A stretch of DNA of 64,000 nt from an uncultured Spirochaetota bacterium (GTDB taxonomy: Bacteria > Spirochaetota > Spirochaetia > SZUA-6 > Fen-1364). Position numbers and translations under genes: made by a program. The DNA is taken from NCBI GenBank assembly GCA_963745235.1, contig CAVUXE010000054.1, positions 98,355 to 162,354 of the forward strand, in the 5' to 3' direction. This document shows, in pieces, positions 49,779 through 58,808 of this stretch; position 1 is the stretch's first letter; each line of letters starts with the position of its first letter. The notes below the pieces were generated by a model, which did not search any database, was not told where the DNA came from, and saw nothing but the letters and a program-made list of their open reading frames with translations.

Positions 49779-50816
49779 ATGGCTGAAAGCCTTTTTGGCG
49801 CAACGCTTGCAGGACTCGGCCGGATTGCCTCGGAGGCCGGGCTCCCCGCGTACGGCGCGAAGCAGCTCAGCGACTGGCTCTATGGGAAGAACGCCACGAG
49901 CTTCAAGGACATGCTCAACCTTCCCCGGCGGGCGCGGGAGTGGCTTGCTGAGCGCTACACAATTGACACCCCCGGCCCGATAAAGGCGACGGAATCACAG
50001 GACGGAACCAGGAAGTACCTGTTCCCGGCCGCTGGAGGAGGATTCGTGGAGGCGGCCTGGATCCCGGAAGGCAGGCGCGCCACGTTGTGCCTTTCCGTGC
50101 AGGTCGGATGCAAGATGGGGTGCCTGTTCTGCATGACCGGGAAGCAGGGCTTCCAGGGCCACTTGTCAGCAGGGGAGATCCTCAACCAGTACAGGAGCCT
50201 GCCGGAGCGCGACTCGGTGACGAATATCGTGTACATGGGCATGGGCGAGCCCATGGACAACCTGGCGAACGTTCTGGAGAGCCTCGAGGTCCTCTGCGCT
50301 CCCCACGGCTACGGCCTTAGCCCGTCGCGGGTCACGGTATCCACCATCGGGCTGATTCCCGCCATGCGGGAGTTTCTGGAGGCCACACGCTGTCACCTCG
50401 CAGTCAGCATGCATTCGCCGTTCGCGGAGGAACGGCGGCGCCTCATGCCCGTGGAAAACGTGTATCCGCTGAAGGATGTCCTTTCTGTATTGCGAGAAAA
50501 TCCCCTGGGTCGCCAGAGGAGAGTGTCATTCGAGTACATCATGTTCGATGGCCTGAACGACAGCGACCGTCATGCCCGGGAAATCGCCAGGATCCTGGAG
50601 GGCATCCGCTGCCGGGTCAACCTCATCCCGTTCCATCCGATCCCGGGCACTCCTCTTTCTCCCAGCCCCCGGGAGAGAATGGAGCACTTCGAGCAGGAGC
50701 TGAAGCGCCGAAGCATACGCACCACCATCCGCCAGTCACGGGGCCTGGACATCTCTGCGGCGTGCGGCATGCTTTCGACGCGCGAGCTCGTGCGGCTGAG
50801 GGGCGAGCCGGACTGA
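49779..50816 (+). CDS. rlmN: Dual-specificity 23S rRNA/tRNA m2A methyltransferase RlmN
   Basis: DGTRKYL, CLSVQVGCKMGCLFC, MGMGEP, VNLIPF and RGLDISAACG. Confidence 0.95.
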   Translation: MAESLFGATLAGLGRIASEAGLPAYGAKQLSDWLYGKNATSFKDMLNLPRRAREWLAERYTIDTPGPIKATESQDGTRKYLFPAAGGGFVEAAWIPEGRRATLCLSVQVGCKMGCLFCMTGKQGFQGHLSAGEILNQYRSLPERDSVTNIVYMGMGEPMDNLANVLESLEVLCAPHGYGLSPSRVTVSTIGLIPAMREFLEATRCHLAVSMHSPFAEERRRLMPVENVYPLKDVLSVLRENPLGRQRRVSFEYIMFDGLNDSDRHAREIARILEGIRCRVNLIPFHPIPGTPLSPSPRERMEHFEQELKRRSIRTTIRQSRGLDISAACGMLSTRELVRLRGEPD

Positions 50817-50833
50817 AGGCCCCGCGCAGCCCG

Positions 50834-51460
50834 TCAGTGCAGGATTTTCTTCACTTCCCGGGCAACGGCCTGTCCCAGTGCCAGGTGTTCCTTCTCCTCG
50901 AGGTGTATCCCGTCGAGGTCGCTGGAGCGGATGAGCGTGGCGGCATCCAGGAAATGACAGCCGCGCTGGCGGGCAAGCTCGCGGTAGTGCTTTCCGAGGT
51001 CCAGTGATTTTTCGCTCCCCCCCTCGAACATGCCCTCGTAGTCGGTGAGCTTTCCCAGGGGCGGCGGCGCTATCAGCAGGATGGCGGGGGCTACGGCCAC
51101 AGTCCCCGCGCCGCTGGCAGCGATGATGTCAAGGAGGACTCCGGCGGCCGCCGCGATATCCGAGGAGTGGGCTGAGTAGCGCTTCTTGAGGTCGTTGGTG
51201 CCCAGCATCACGACCACGAGGTCCAGGGGCGCGTGGGACAGGAGGAGCGGCAGGAGATGCCTTTTGCCCATCTTGTCCCCTTCAATCGGGTCCTCCCACA
51301 CGGTGGTGCGGCCGTTCAGCCCTTCCTCTATGACGCGGTACTCGCTCCCCAGCTCCAACTGCAGCACCCCGGTCCAACGCACGTTTCGCGGGTAACGCTG
51401 CCCGGTGGTGGGTGAGAAACCCCAGGTGTTTGAGTCTCCAAAGCACATGAGCTCGAACAT
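50834..51460 (-). CDS. SGNH/GDSL hydrolase
   Basis: FGDSNTWG, EEGLNGRTT, MLGTND and DGIH. Confidence 0.93.
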   Translation of the reverse strand: MFELMCFGDSNTWGFSPTTGQRYPRNVRWTGVLQLELGSEYRVIEEGLNGRTTVWEDPIEGDKMGKRHLLPLLLSHAPLDLVVVMLGTNDLKKRYSAHSSDIAAAAGVLLDIIAASGAGTVAVAPAILLIAPPPLGKLTDYEGMFEGGSEKSLDLGKHYRELARQRGCHFLDAATLIRSSDLDGIHLEEKEHLALGQAVAREVKKILH

Positions 51461-51487
51461 ACGACCTCCGTGGCGCGTCCAGGACGC

Positions 51488-52237
51488 TCAGTATACAAAC
51501 GGAATCAGGCGCTTGCGCTGCCGTGGATAGTCGGGAAAAGTGTCGAGGTACCAGGTGCGGTTGGCGTGCGCCCGGGGCACGAGATTTGCCATGGTGAAGA
51601 GCGCGAACCCGAGGCCCGCCAGGGACCATGTCGCCAGCGCCCAGCCTGTCCATTCGACGATTTCGCCCAGGTAGTTCGGGCTGGCAACGTATTCGAAAAG
51701 CCCTCCCCGCGGGACCGCGTATCCGCCGTTCCCGTTTTCCCGCAGGCTGCGAAGCTCGGCATCCGCCCTCACGTGCGTCACGAAACCAACGATAAACAGG
51801 GCCATTCCCAGCCCGACACGCGCAGCGGGAATGATGCCGCTGCCCGGGGCAAGAGTGAAACCCGCAAGAAAGTGGCCGTTGGCGTACCCGTTGAGCGAGT
51901 TGAATATGGCGGCAAAGAGGGTGAGGACCACGGGGAAGCGCTTGCCGTTGTCCTTCATGAGGAGAGGGAAAAGGCAGGTGCGATAGATGTAGTGCATTTC
52001 CCACAGGCCAAGGAGGACCAGGGCGAGCGAGTTGGCCCTTCTCTCATCGAACAGGACGACCGCGGCGATGACCACCATGGCGGGAAGCTCCATCAGGAAC
52101 CAGCTCGCCCGGGATGGAATGGACGGGCCCCAGCCTTCCCGGAAATGCCTTCCGTACGGAGCGGTCACAAAATAGAGCATGATGAAGACCAGCGGAGCTG
52201 AAGCAAATATCACGAGGAGCGAAACCGTATTGAGCAT
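51488..52237 (-). CDS. Steroid 5-alpha-reductase family membrane reductase
   Basis: APYGRH, WFLMELP, HYIYR, NGY, D..LR.LR, GGLFEYVASPNYLGEIVEW, NLVPRA and RKRLIPF. Confidence 0.9.
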   Translation of the reverse strand: MLNTVSLLVIFASAPLVFIMLYFVTAPYGRHFREGWGPSIPSRASWFLMELPAMVVIAAVVLFDERRANSLALVLLGLWEMHYIYRTCLFPLLMKDNGKRFPVVLTLFAAIFNSLNGYANGHFLAGFTLAPGSGIIPAARVGLGMALFIVGFVTHVRADAELRSLRENGNGGYAVPRGGLFEYVASPNYLGEIVEWTGWALATWSLAGLGFALFTMANLVPRAHANRTWYLDTFPDYPRQRKRLIPFVY

Positions 52238-52416
52238 AGGCGTCCAAGGCACTCTATCAGATACACTACGATCGGGCAACGGAGACCTGCCCGGGCCGTG
52301 GGGTGATTCAGAGCCTGTCGATGAACCCCGTTTTCAGTCAAGGCATTCGAATACGCGGCTTCGATGCCGGATGAGGCGATAAAGACGATCGTGAAAATGT
52401 AGCGTTCCGTGAGGCG

Positions 52417-53154
52417 CTACGCCCACTCCATTCTTGCCCGGCAGAGCTCCTTCCGATCACTGACTCGCCGCACGCCGCACAACTCATGTCCGTCGCTGCC
52501 CTCTGACAGGACAGCAACCTCATCTCCCATCATCGCTTCAGCCAGAAAGCTGAGCTCCAGCGAGCGCGGTTGTTTTTCCTCCAGGACCTCTCTGGGCTGG
52601 CTATCCACCATCCACTGCAGGTACCGGGCAGCCGTGACGTGCCCATTCACGTCCAGGTCCGAAAAGACCACGTGAAAGCGCGCGCGCTCCTCGGAGGCCT
52701 CCGCCAGCTCCGGGACCTTCTGCAGGTCCGTGTCCAGCTCGCTCTTCCCCGGCGTCCACGGAAAAATCATCTGGTCGATCCTCACTGGACGGTGGCTTTC
52801 CCTGTCCAGGACAAGCCAGGCGGAGGTGGCGGACGCCAGCTTCTCCCCTGAGGCGGTCGTGATGATGAAGTCCCGCAGCGCGTAGAGCTTCTGGACTCCT
52901 TTGCCCCAGGTCTCGATGACGATCTGTTCCGACCACCGCGGGAAGCGCCTGACGGACAATTGGAACTTCACGAGGACCCACATCTGGTTGCGGTCAAGCA
53001 GGTCCTGGTAGCCATGCGCGGTGAGAGATGCATGCTTCCACGCGGAGTTCGTCAGGAAGGCAAAGAAGACGTGCGGTTTCAGCCTGCCTTTCAGGTCCAC
53101 CTCGAAGGACTCCACGAAGCGCTGCTCTTTCCAGACTGCGGGCACGGTGCTCAT
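52417..53154 (-). CDS. Acyl-ACP thioesterase (double hot-dog)
   Basis: FEVD, WVL, IETW, RDF, ATSAW and SDLDVNGHV. Start at ATG 53154. Confidence 0.9.
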   Translation of the reverse strand: MSTVPAVWKEQRFVESFEVDLKGRLKPHVFFAFLTNSAWKHASLTAHGYQDLLDRNQMWVLVKFQLSVRRFPRWSEQIVIETWGKGVQKLYALRDFIITTASGEKLASATSAWLVLDRESHRPVRIDQMIFPWTPGKSELDTDLQKVPELAEASEERARFHVVFSDLDVNGHVTAARYLQWMVDSQPREVLEEKQPRSLELSFLAEAMMGDEVAVLSEGSDGHELCGVRRVSDRKELCRARMEWA

Positions 53155-53314
53155 GGCGACCAGTCTTTCGCAGAGAGTGGATTCTGTCCAGCAGATCAGG
53201 CGGCTGGCCCGGGCGCCGAGGAACGCGCTGGCGTCACATTCCCGTAGAAGACGGCAGTCAGGACGATGCCGACATGGGACAGGATGAAGAAGGGAATTGC
53301 CTCCACGACGCGTG

Positions 53315-53791
53315 TCAGGAAAGGGACCTCGTTTTCGCCATCCCGACCCTGAGAATGATTGCCGCGCCAGCCCTCTCGGCGCTGACGCTGTACGTGGCGT
53401 TGTCCCCTGATTGCTGCAGGAGCCTCGTCGGTATCTCTGCCAGCCGCTCCCCAGTGACACCGCACAGCGCGATCAATCTCCTGAGGCCGCACTGGAGGCA
53501 GGCGAAAGTCTCACCGCAGAGGCCGTGAGAAACGGCATGCTTGCAGTCCAGCACCTCGCCTATCCTGAGCCCCACGGGATCACGACCGTTGTCGTCGAAC
53601 ATCTTCCTCATTGAGTCGTTGGAGGAAACGACGATGTGATCACGCGCGATGAGGGCGGCCGGAGAGCTCAGGCTCTCCAGGTGGGCAAGAAATCTGTATG
53701 ATACGCGGAAGCACGCGTTGCAAACCTCAGCCGGACCATGACCGCGTATGTCGATCAAGGCCGTTCCGCACAGCGGGCATCTCTGACTCAT
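53315..53791 (-). CDS. Cys-rich PAS-like protein with N-terminal zinc-ribbon
   Basis: CPLC...CNAC, then a PAS-like segment with GEVLDCKHA...CGETFACLQC.LR. Confidence 0.6.
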   Translation of the reverse strand: MSQRCPLCGTALIDIRGHGPAEVCNACFRVSYRFLAHLESLSSPAALIARDHIVVSSNDSMRKMFDDNGRDPVGLRIGEVLDCKHAVSHGLCGETFACLQCGLRRLIALCGVTGERLAEIPTRLLQQSGDNATYSVSAERAGAAIILRVGMAKTRSLS

Positions 53792-53977
53792 TCTGTAACC
53801 CCTTCAATCCGCAGTATTGGGATTACGATTTTGCTTGGATCTGACTCAAAGGCTGAACGATGAAGGCTGGTTGAGCACAAGACTACCACGCGCGTCGCGA
53901 AACTTCAATTCCTTTGCCTGTCCCATTTTCCGCTTCAGGCTCGTCATAGTTGCAAGACTGATAGACAGGAGGAGATC

Positions 53978-54289
53978 ATGAAGAAGTTCTTGGTGCTTTA
54001 CAGCGGAGGAAAGGCTCCGAGCACTCCGCAGGAAGGGGAGGCTTCCACGAAGGCCTGGATGGCCTGGTTCGGGAAGCTCGGGAAGGTGGTTGTTGAGGCG
54101 GGCGCCCCGTTTGCCGGATCCTCGACGGTCAGCTCTTCGGGGGTCCGAAGCGGGGCCGAGGGAAACATCTCAAACGGCTACAGCCTGCTCCAGGCTGACG
54201 ACCTTGCCAGCGCGGCAAAGATCGTCAGGGACTGCCCTATCGTTGCTGACGGCGGCAAAGTCCACGTCTTCGACCTGATGGCCATGTAG
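53978..54289 (+). CDS. YciI/YCII-related protein
   Basis: MKKFLVLY, WMAWF, GAP, GYSLLQA and CP. RBS AGGAGG. Confidence 0.8.
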   Translation: MKKFLVLYSGGKAPSTPQEGEASTKAWMAWFGKLGKVVVEAGAPFAGSSTVSSSGVRSGAEGNISNGYSLLQADDLASAAKIVRDCPIVADGGKVHVFDLMAM

Positions 54290-54295
54290 CCTGCC

Positions 54296-54324
54296 GGGGG
54301 CTCCCGGTTCGGGAGCCCCTCTTT
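54296..54324 (+). terminator. Rho-independent terminator between convergent genes
   Basis: GGGGCTCCCG-GTT-CGGGAGCCCC followed by TCTTT. Confidence 0.7.
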
Positions 54325-54327
54325 GGA

Positions 54328-54966
54328 TCAGTGATCCGCAACCGTCCAGTCTATTGAAACTCCGATCTTCCCGGCCAGGGTCTCCATGTCGTCGTCAGAG
54401 TGATACAGCATTGGCGCCTTGCTGACGGAGATCGCGCCGTCCTTCTTTTTCAGCCAGTAGGAGCCGTGGTGTGCGGCGACAACCTCCATTCCGGACTGGC
54501 TTCCATCGTCTATCGTGATGGCTCCATTGCAAAGGCACACATAGGTTGAATTGGGGTCCTCCACCTTCATGAAGAACGAGGTTCCGCGAACCCCGCAGGT
54601 CGTGGTCTGTGTGTGGACAAGGAACCGTGGAGATCCGGCCGCACTTCCGACGAGGTTCTTCAAGACGAGCGTGAGGGAGCCTGTCTTGAGCTCGCTCCCA
54701 TTCTGGAGGTTGAAGGGGTGGAACACAAAAGCCGTGCTCTCTCCCAGCCGAATGATGTTTTTTTCACGAAAGATTATCTCGCACTGCGACCGCGCGCCCG
54801 TCGTGACCGTTGCGCCCAGGGGGACGACGTCGCCAATTGTGGCAGGGGCACCGTCAATGGTCGCCTGCCCCTCCAGGTAGCCGATTTCTCCCCCCAGGTT
54901 TGCGGCGAACGCCGTGCCGCCGAGGACCGCAATTGCGCAAACCACGAACATCACGCGAGCCATCAT
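54328..54966 (-). CDS. Exported FecR-domain protein
   Basis: Signal peptide, ATVTTG, TCGVRGTSFF, YVCLCNG and His-rich tail AAHH...YHSDDD. Confidence 0.8.
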   Translation of the reverse strand: MMARVMFVVCAIAVLGGTAFAANLGGEIGYLEGQATIDGAPATIGDVVPLGATVTTGARSQCEIIFREKNIIRLGESTAFVFHPFNLQNGSELKTGSLTLVLKNLVGSAAGSPRFLVHTQTTTCGVRGTSFFMKVEDPNSTYVCLCNGAITIDDGSQSGMEVVAAHHGSYWLKKKDGAISVSKAPMLYHSDDDMETLAGKIGVSIDWTVADH

Positions 54967-55034
54967 CAGGACAGTACCCCCGCCTTGAATGTGCCGCGCA
55001 GAAGTCACGGGAGTGTCACGAACGGGGATTTCGT

Positions 55035-55652
55035 TCAGGGACCTCTTCGGATGGCCCGGGCCCGAGCCAACAAACCGCTCGGCTCATCAACGGCTGAAAG
55101 CTCATCCAGGCCCGCATTCGCAAACGCGGACAGCTCCCTGCGAAGGGAATCCAGGGTTTGCCGGTGGATTTCATCGTTGAAAGGCGAAAGGCTGCAACTC
55201 AGTTCCTCGTCGAAAAACTTCACAAGCCCCTGGTGGGGGCGGACATCAGGCTTGAGCCGCCTCAGGGTCTCGGCCGCTTTCTTCTCGGACTGAGTCATCA
55301 GGTACAGGATGCCCAGGGCGATGGCCGGGGACCGTGAAATGCCCTGCCAGCAATGGATTGTGTAGCCGGACGCGTCAGACCTTGTCACTCGAAAGTACTC
55401 TACGACGCCCCGCACATCTCTTCTCTCGGGCACTCGCTTGATTGCCTGCGCCGGGCCAAGCTGGTCTGCGCTTTCAACGTCATAGAACTTGAGCTCCAGG
55501 ATGCTCTTGAATGCGGCCCTGATTGCGGCAGGCATCTGCTGGTCAGGGTTCCTGATCGAGATGCAGTGGCTGAAAACGTGCCCGTTTGACTCGAGGCGCT
55601 CGACCAGCTCAGTTTCGCTGAAGACCTGAACCGGCAATTCATTCTCGGTCAT
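55035..55652 (-). CDS. Cys-based protein-tyrosine/dual-specificity phosphatase-like protein
   Basis: CISI, LKFYDV and catalytic IHCWQGISRS (CX5R). Confidence 0.85.
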   Translation of the reverse strand: MTENELPVQVFSETELVERLESNGHVFSHCISIRNPDQQMPAAIRAAFKSILELKFYDVESADQLGPAQAIKRVPERRDVRGVVEYFRVTRSDASGYTIHCWQGISRSPAIALGILYLMTQSEKKAAETLRRLKPDVRPHQGLVKFFDEELSCSLSPFNDEIHRQTLDSLRRELSAFANAGLDELSAVDEPSGLLARARAIRRGP

Positions 55653-55791
55653 GTATTGCCTGTCATTGTATCCCGAAAAAAATCCGATCGCCACTGAACC
55701 GTCACGGCAGAGGGCGAACGCCTTGGGTTGATCGCGGCTCTCAAGGGTGCAACAATGCAGGTCCGCGGTGTTGTGGATGGAGAGGTGACAC

Positions 55792-56226
55792 ATGACGAAA
55801 GAAGATCGGCTCATCCTCGTCGCCCCCTGCGGGATCGACTGCGGGAACTGTTCGCTGAGCATGTGCAAGGACAATCCCGAGCTGGTGGAGCGGCTGGTTG
55901 CGAGAGGGATTCCCCGCGAGAAGCTGCCGTGCGCGGGGTGCAGAAGCGTCAAAGGGGCTTGTCCCGTGATTGCCGAGACGTGCGAGACCTACGAATGCAT
56001 TCGTCAGGAGGCAGTCAATTTCTGCTACGAGTGTGCTGACTTCCCCTGCGCGAAGCTCTGCCCTTCCTCCCAGAGGGCGGATGTTCTTCCCCACAACCTC
56101 AAGGTCTTCAACCTCTGCATGATAGAACGTGCCGGCGTTGAAGGCTTTGCAAAGGTTTCGGGAGACCTGGAACGGCTGTACTTCAAGGGAACAATGGAGA
56201 TTGGAAAGGGCCCCCGGCTGGCGTGA
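55792..56226 (+). CDS. Cys-rich metal-binding protein (DUF3795-like)
   Basis: APCGIDCGNC, CAGCR and C...C.....FCYECADFPC. Confidence 0.85.
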   Translation: MTKEDRLILVAPCGIDCGNCSLSMCKDNPELVERLVARGIPREKLPCAGCRSVKGACPVIAETCETYECIRQEAVNFCYECADFPCAKLCPSSQRADVLPHNLKVFNLCMIERAGVEGFAKVSGDLERLYFKGTMEIGKGPRLA

Positions 56227-56232
56227 TATACT
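56224..56232 (+). promoter_or_regulatory. Extended -10 promoter (TGaTATACT) 6 nt before ATG 56239; leaderless configuration
   Basis: TG-A-TATACT-CCTGGT-ATG with no Shine-Dalgarno. Overlaps the TGA of the upstream gene. Confidence 0.55.
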
Positions 56233-56238
56233 CCTGGT

Positions 56239-58635
56239 ATGGTGCGTCGTGAAAAGCCGTATCGTTCCAGCGGATGAAAGTTCCGCCCGGGTAAGCGTCG
56301 GAGCGCCCGGTAGCAGGGTCCAGTCAGAGGCCGAAATGTCTCTGACCGAGCGGACCGACAAAAGCCTCCAAGGAGGAAGCAACACAGCGGGCCGCAACGC
56401 GAGTGAACGCCGAGCAAGCCTCGTCAGAGTATCAGCCGAAAGGTGTTCAGGGTGGCCGAGCCGATCATGCCACGGCGAAGGCAACAGACAACGGACCGAA
56501 TCCGAAGTGGACGTTGGACGCCCTCGGGGTATTGGCGGCAGCACGTTGTGACGGAATGGTAGGGAACACGAGAGGCCCTCCCTGGCGGCCCACGTCGGGC
56601 AAAGACCACGCGTATAAGGGGGAGACCGAAAGCGCGCGGAGTCAGGAGGGAGTCCGAGGGGTTCGTAGTACCTGAGAAGGCGGTGAGAAGCCGCTGGAGG
56701 GAAGGGACCCTGCTTTGAGTGTGCTGGGGCGTGGAGGTAAGCGCGAGGGCATGGTCGAAAGACCCAACAACCCCGAAGAAAAAGTGCGAGAACTCCAGCG
56801 ACGGCTATGGACATGTGCCAAGCGGAGCAGGAGCCGACGTTTTCACGCGCTGTATGACCGGATCTGGCGGGGTGACGTCCTGCTGGAGGCGTGGAGACGG
56901 GTGAAGGCGAACGGAGGTGCCGCGGGGGTGGATGAGGTGTCCATCGGCGACATCGAAGAGCGAGGGGCGGGAGAGTATCTGAAGGAGATACAGAACGTCC
57001 TGAAGGCAGGCAGGTATCGACCGTCACCGGTGAGACGGCGATACATCCCCAAGGGGGACGGGAGGCAGAGGCCGCTGGGGATACCGACGGTGAGGGATCG
57101 CGTGGTGCAGATGGCAACCAAGCTGGTGATCGAACCCATATTTGAAGCCGACTTTCAACCGTGCAGTTGGGGGTTTCGACCGAGAAGGGGAGCGACGCAG
57201 GCAATGGAAGTCATTCGCGAGGCGGGCAACCGAGGGCATAACTGGGTGCTGGACGCCGATATTCGGGATTACTTCGGAAGCATCGACCATGGGAAGCTCA
57301 TGGTGTTGGTGAAGGAGCGGATCTCGGACAGGCGAGTCCTGAAACTGATCGGTCAGTGGCTGGCGGCGGGCGTGATGGAAGATGGGACGGTGAGGGAAAC
57401 GCTTGCGGGAACCCCGCAAGGCGGAGTGATCTCGCCGCTGTTGTCCAACATCTACCTTGGCTTTCTGGATCGCATCTGGGAGAGCAAGTGCAAACACCTT
57501 GGAATCCTGGTGCGTTACGCTGACGACTTCGTGGTGCTGTGCAAGAACAAGTCGCAGTGCAAGGAAGCCCTCAGGCGCGTAAAGATTGTGATGGAACGCC
57601 TGGGGCTGGAAATGCATCCCGAGAAAACGCGCGTAGTGAATCTGGCACTGGGTAAGGAGGGCTTTACGTTTCTTGGGTGGACGGTGCGCAAGTGCAGGAG
57701 CATTCAACGCAACCCACGCTGGCATTTCGTGCAGCGCTGGCCGTCGCCGAAGGCTATGAAGCGAATCCGATCCCGCGTGCATGAGATCACCGAGGCGCGA
57801 GGAAGGCAAGCGAAGGGCATAGGGGAGCTGATCGACAAGCTAAACCCGGTGCTTTGTGGATGGGGCAACTACTTCCGAACGGGCAACGCGGACCGAGAGT
57901 TCAACCGAGTGGATGACTACGTGTACGGCCGTGTGCTCCAATGGCAGTGGCGACGGGGCGGACAGCGAACGCGCTTCCGTTTCGACCGATGGCCCCAGAA
58001 ACGCCTGTACGAGATGGGCCTGCAGCGACTGAGGGGGACTACGCGATATCCCCAGGCAGCCACTCCGCGCAAGCACGGTCAGGAGAACTCATCGGTAAGC
58101 TGTGTGCCGGAAAACGGCACGCACAGTTTGAAAGGAGGTGCTGGGAACGGGTCGCTCTGAGCGATACCGCACCAGCTATCGACCAATTAACCCAAGAGTC
58201 TATCTCCTCCTCAACCTCGTTCTCGCCTTCTACAACGTTGGAACAATCTGGGCGCACGAAACCGACATTTTCCGTTCCTGGAAGCTGATCGATCCAAAGG
58301 ATTTCCTCCGGGTCCAGACCGCGCACTGGCGCAAGCTCCCATTCTGGATCTTCATTCCCGTGGGCCTCGGGCTCGTGGGAAGCGTAACTCTCGTCTGGTA
58401 CCATCCTCCCGGCTCGCCGCTCTGGGGCATCGCGGGAGCGGTCCTGTGCCAGGCTCTGTCTCTCGTTCTGACAGGCATCTTTTGGGGACCATGGCAGGCA
58501 GGCCTTTCACGTGATCCTCTGGGGCCGAGAAGTCCCTACCTTGCGAAAATCCTCAAGACGCACTGGGTGAGGACTCTCCTTATCAACTTGAACGCGCTGG
58601 TCATTCTCGCCTGGACTATCGCCGTGCTATCCTGA
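56239..58635 (+). CDS. Intron-split membrane protein (exon 1 = ATG 56239-56241; exon 2 = 58186 or 58189 to 58635), four-TM DUF1772-like
   Basis: Exon 2 frame (I)NPRVYLLLNLVLAFY...HWVRTLLI is hydrophobic and has no own start outside the intron. Joining to ATG 56239 restores M(I)NPRVYLLL. Confidence 0.7.
56242..58188 (+). mobile_element. Group II intron (RT-encoding, no endonuclease domain); 3' end between 58183 and 58188
   Basis: 5' GTGCG at 56242. EBS1 loop CATGCCA (56466-56472) in a GCCG/CGGC stem is complementary to the 5' exon TGGTATG. Domain V AAGCTGTGTGCCGGAAAACGGCACGCACAGTTT (58097-58129). Domain VI with bulged A near 58182. Confidence 0.93.
56751..58160 (+). CDS. ltrA: Group II intron reverse transcriptase/maturase
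   Basis: RFHALYD, GAAGVD, RPLGIPTVRDRVVQ, GFRP, DADIRDYF, GTPQGGVISPLLSNIYL, VRYADD, FLG and GWGNYF. No HNH domain. Confidence 0.96.
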   Translation: MVERPNNPEEKVRELQRRLWTCAKRSRSRRFHALYDRIWRGDVLLEAWRRVKANGGAAGVDEVSIGDIEERGAGEYLKEIQNVLKAGRYRPSPVRRRYIPKGDGRQRPLGIPTVRDRVVQMATKLVIEPIFEADFQPCSWGFRPRRGATQAMEVIREAGNRGHNWVLDADIRDYFGSIDHGKLMVLVKERISDRRVLKLIGQWLAAGVMEDGTVRETLAGTPQGGVISPLLSNIYLGFLDRIWESKCKHLGILVRYADDFVVLCKNKSQCKEALRRVKIVMERLGLEMHPEKTRVVNLALGKEGFTFLGWTVRKCRSIQRNPRWHFVQRWPSPKAMKRIRSRVHEITEARGRQAKGIGELIDKLNPVLCGWGNYFRTGNADREFNRVDDYVYGRVLQWQWRRGGQRTRFRFDRWPQKRLYEMGLQRLRGTTRYPQAATPRKHGQENSSVSCVPENGTHSLKGGAGNGSL

Positions 58636-58767
58636 TGGCTTCACGCCACCGCAGGTTGGGCCGCGAGCAACTTGGCCAGCCCCGTGAGGTTCAGGACCCA
58701 TCCGATTAACCAAGTCGTCTCTCGTGCTCGATATGACCGACGCCGTCTGAAGCGACGCTAAGCTTGG

Positions 58768-58800
58768 GATGGGCTGAGGCGCGGTAACCTCAGCCCCATC
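58768..58800. terminator. Hairpin between convergent genes
   Basis: GATGGGCTGAGG...CCTCAGCCCCATC inverted repeat. Confidence 0.55.
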
Positions 58801-58808
58801 TCGTTCCA

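Noticed and set aside
55741-57204. 487-aa minus-strand ORF across the intron 5' region
   Set aside because: Antisense to structured intron RNA and the RT gene; low-complexity Pro/Ser/Arg translation.
58138-58185. GTG 58138 as the start of the membrane protein
   Set aside because: It lies inside intron domain VI, and the first 16 codons are intron sequence. ATG 56239 is the better native start, although use of this GTG (preceded by AAAGGA) in unspliced RNA is not excluded.
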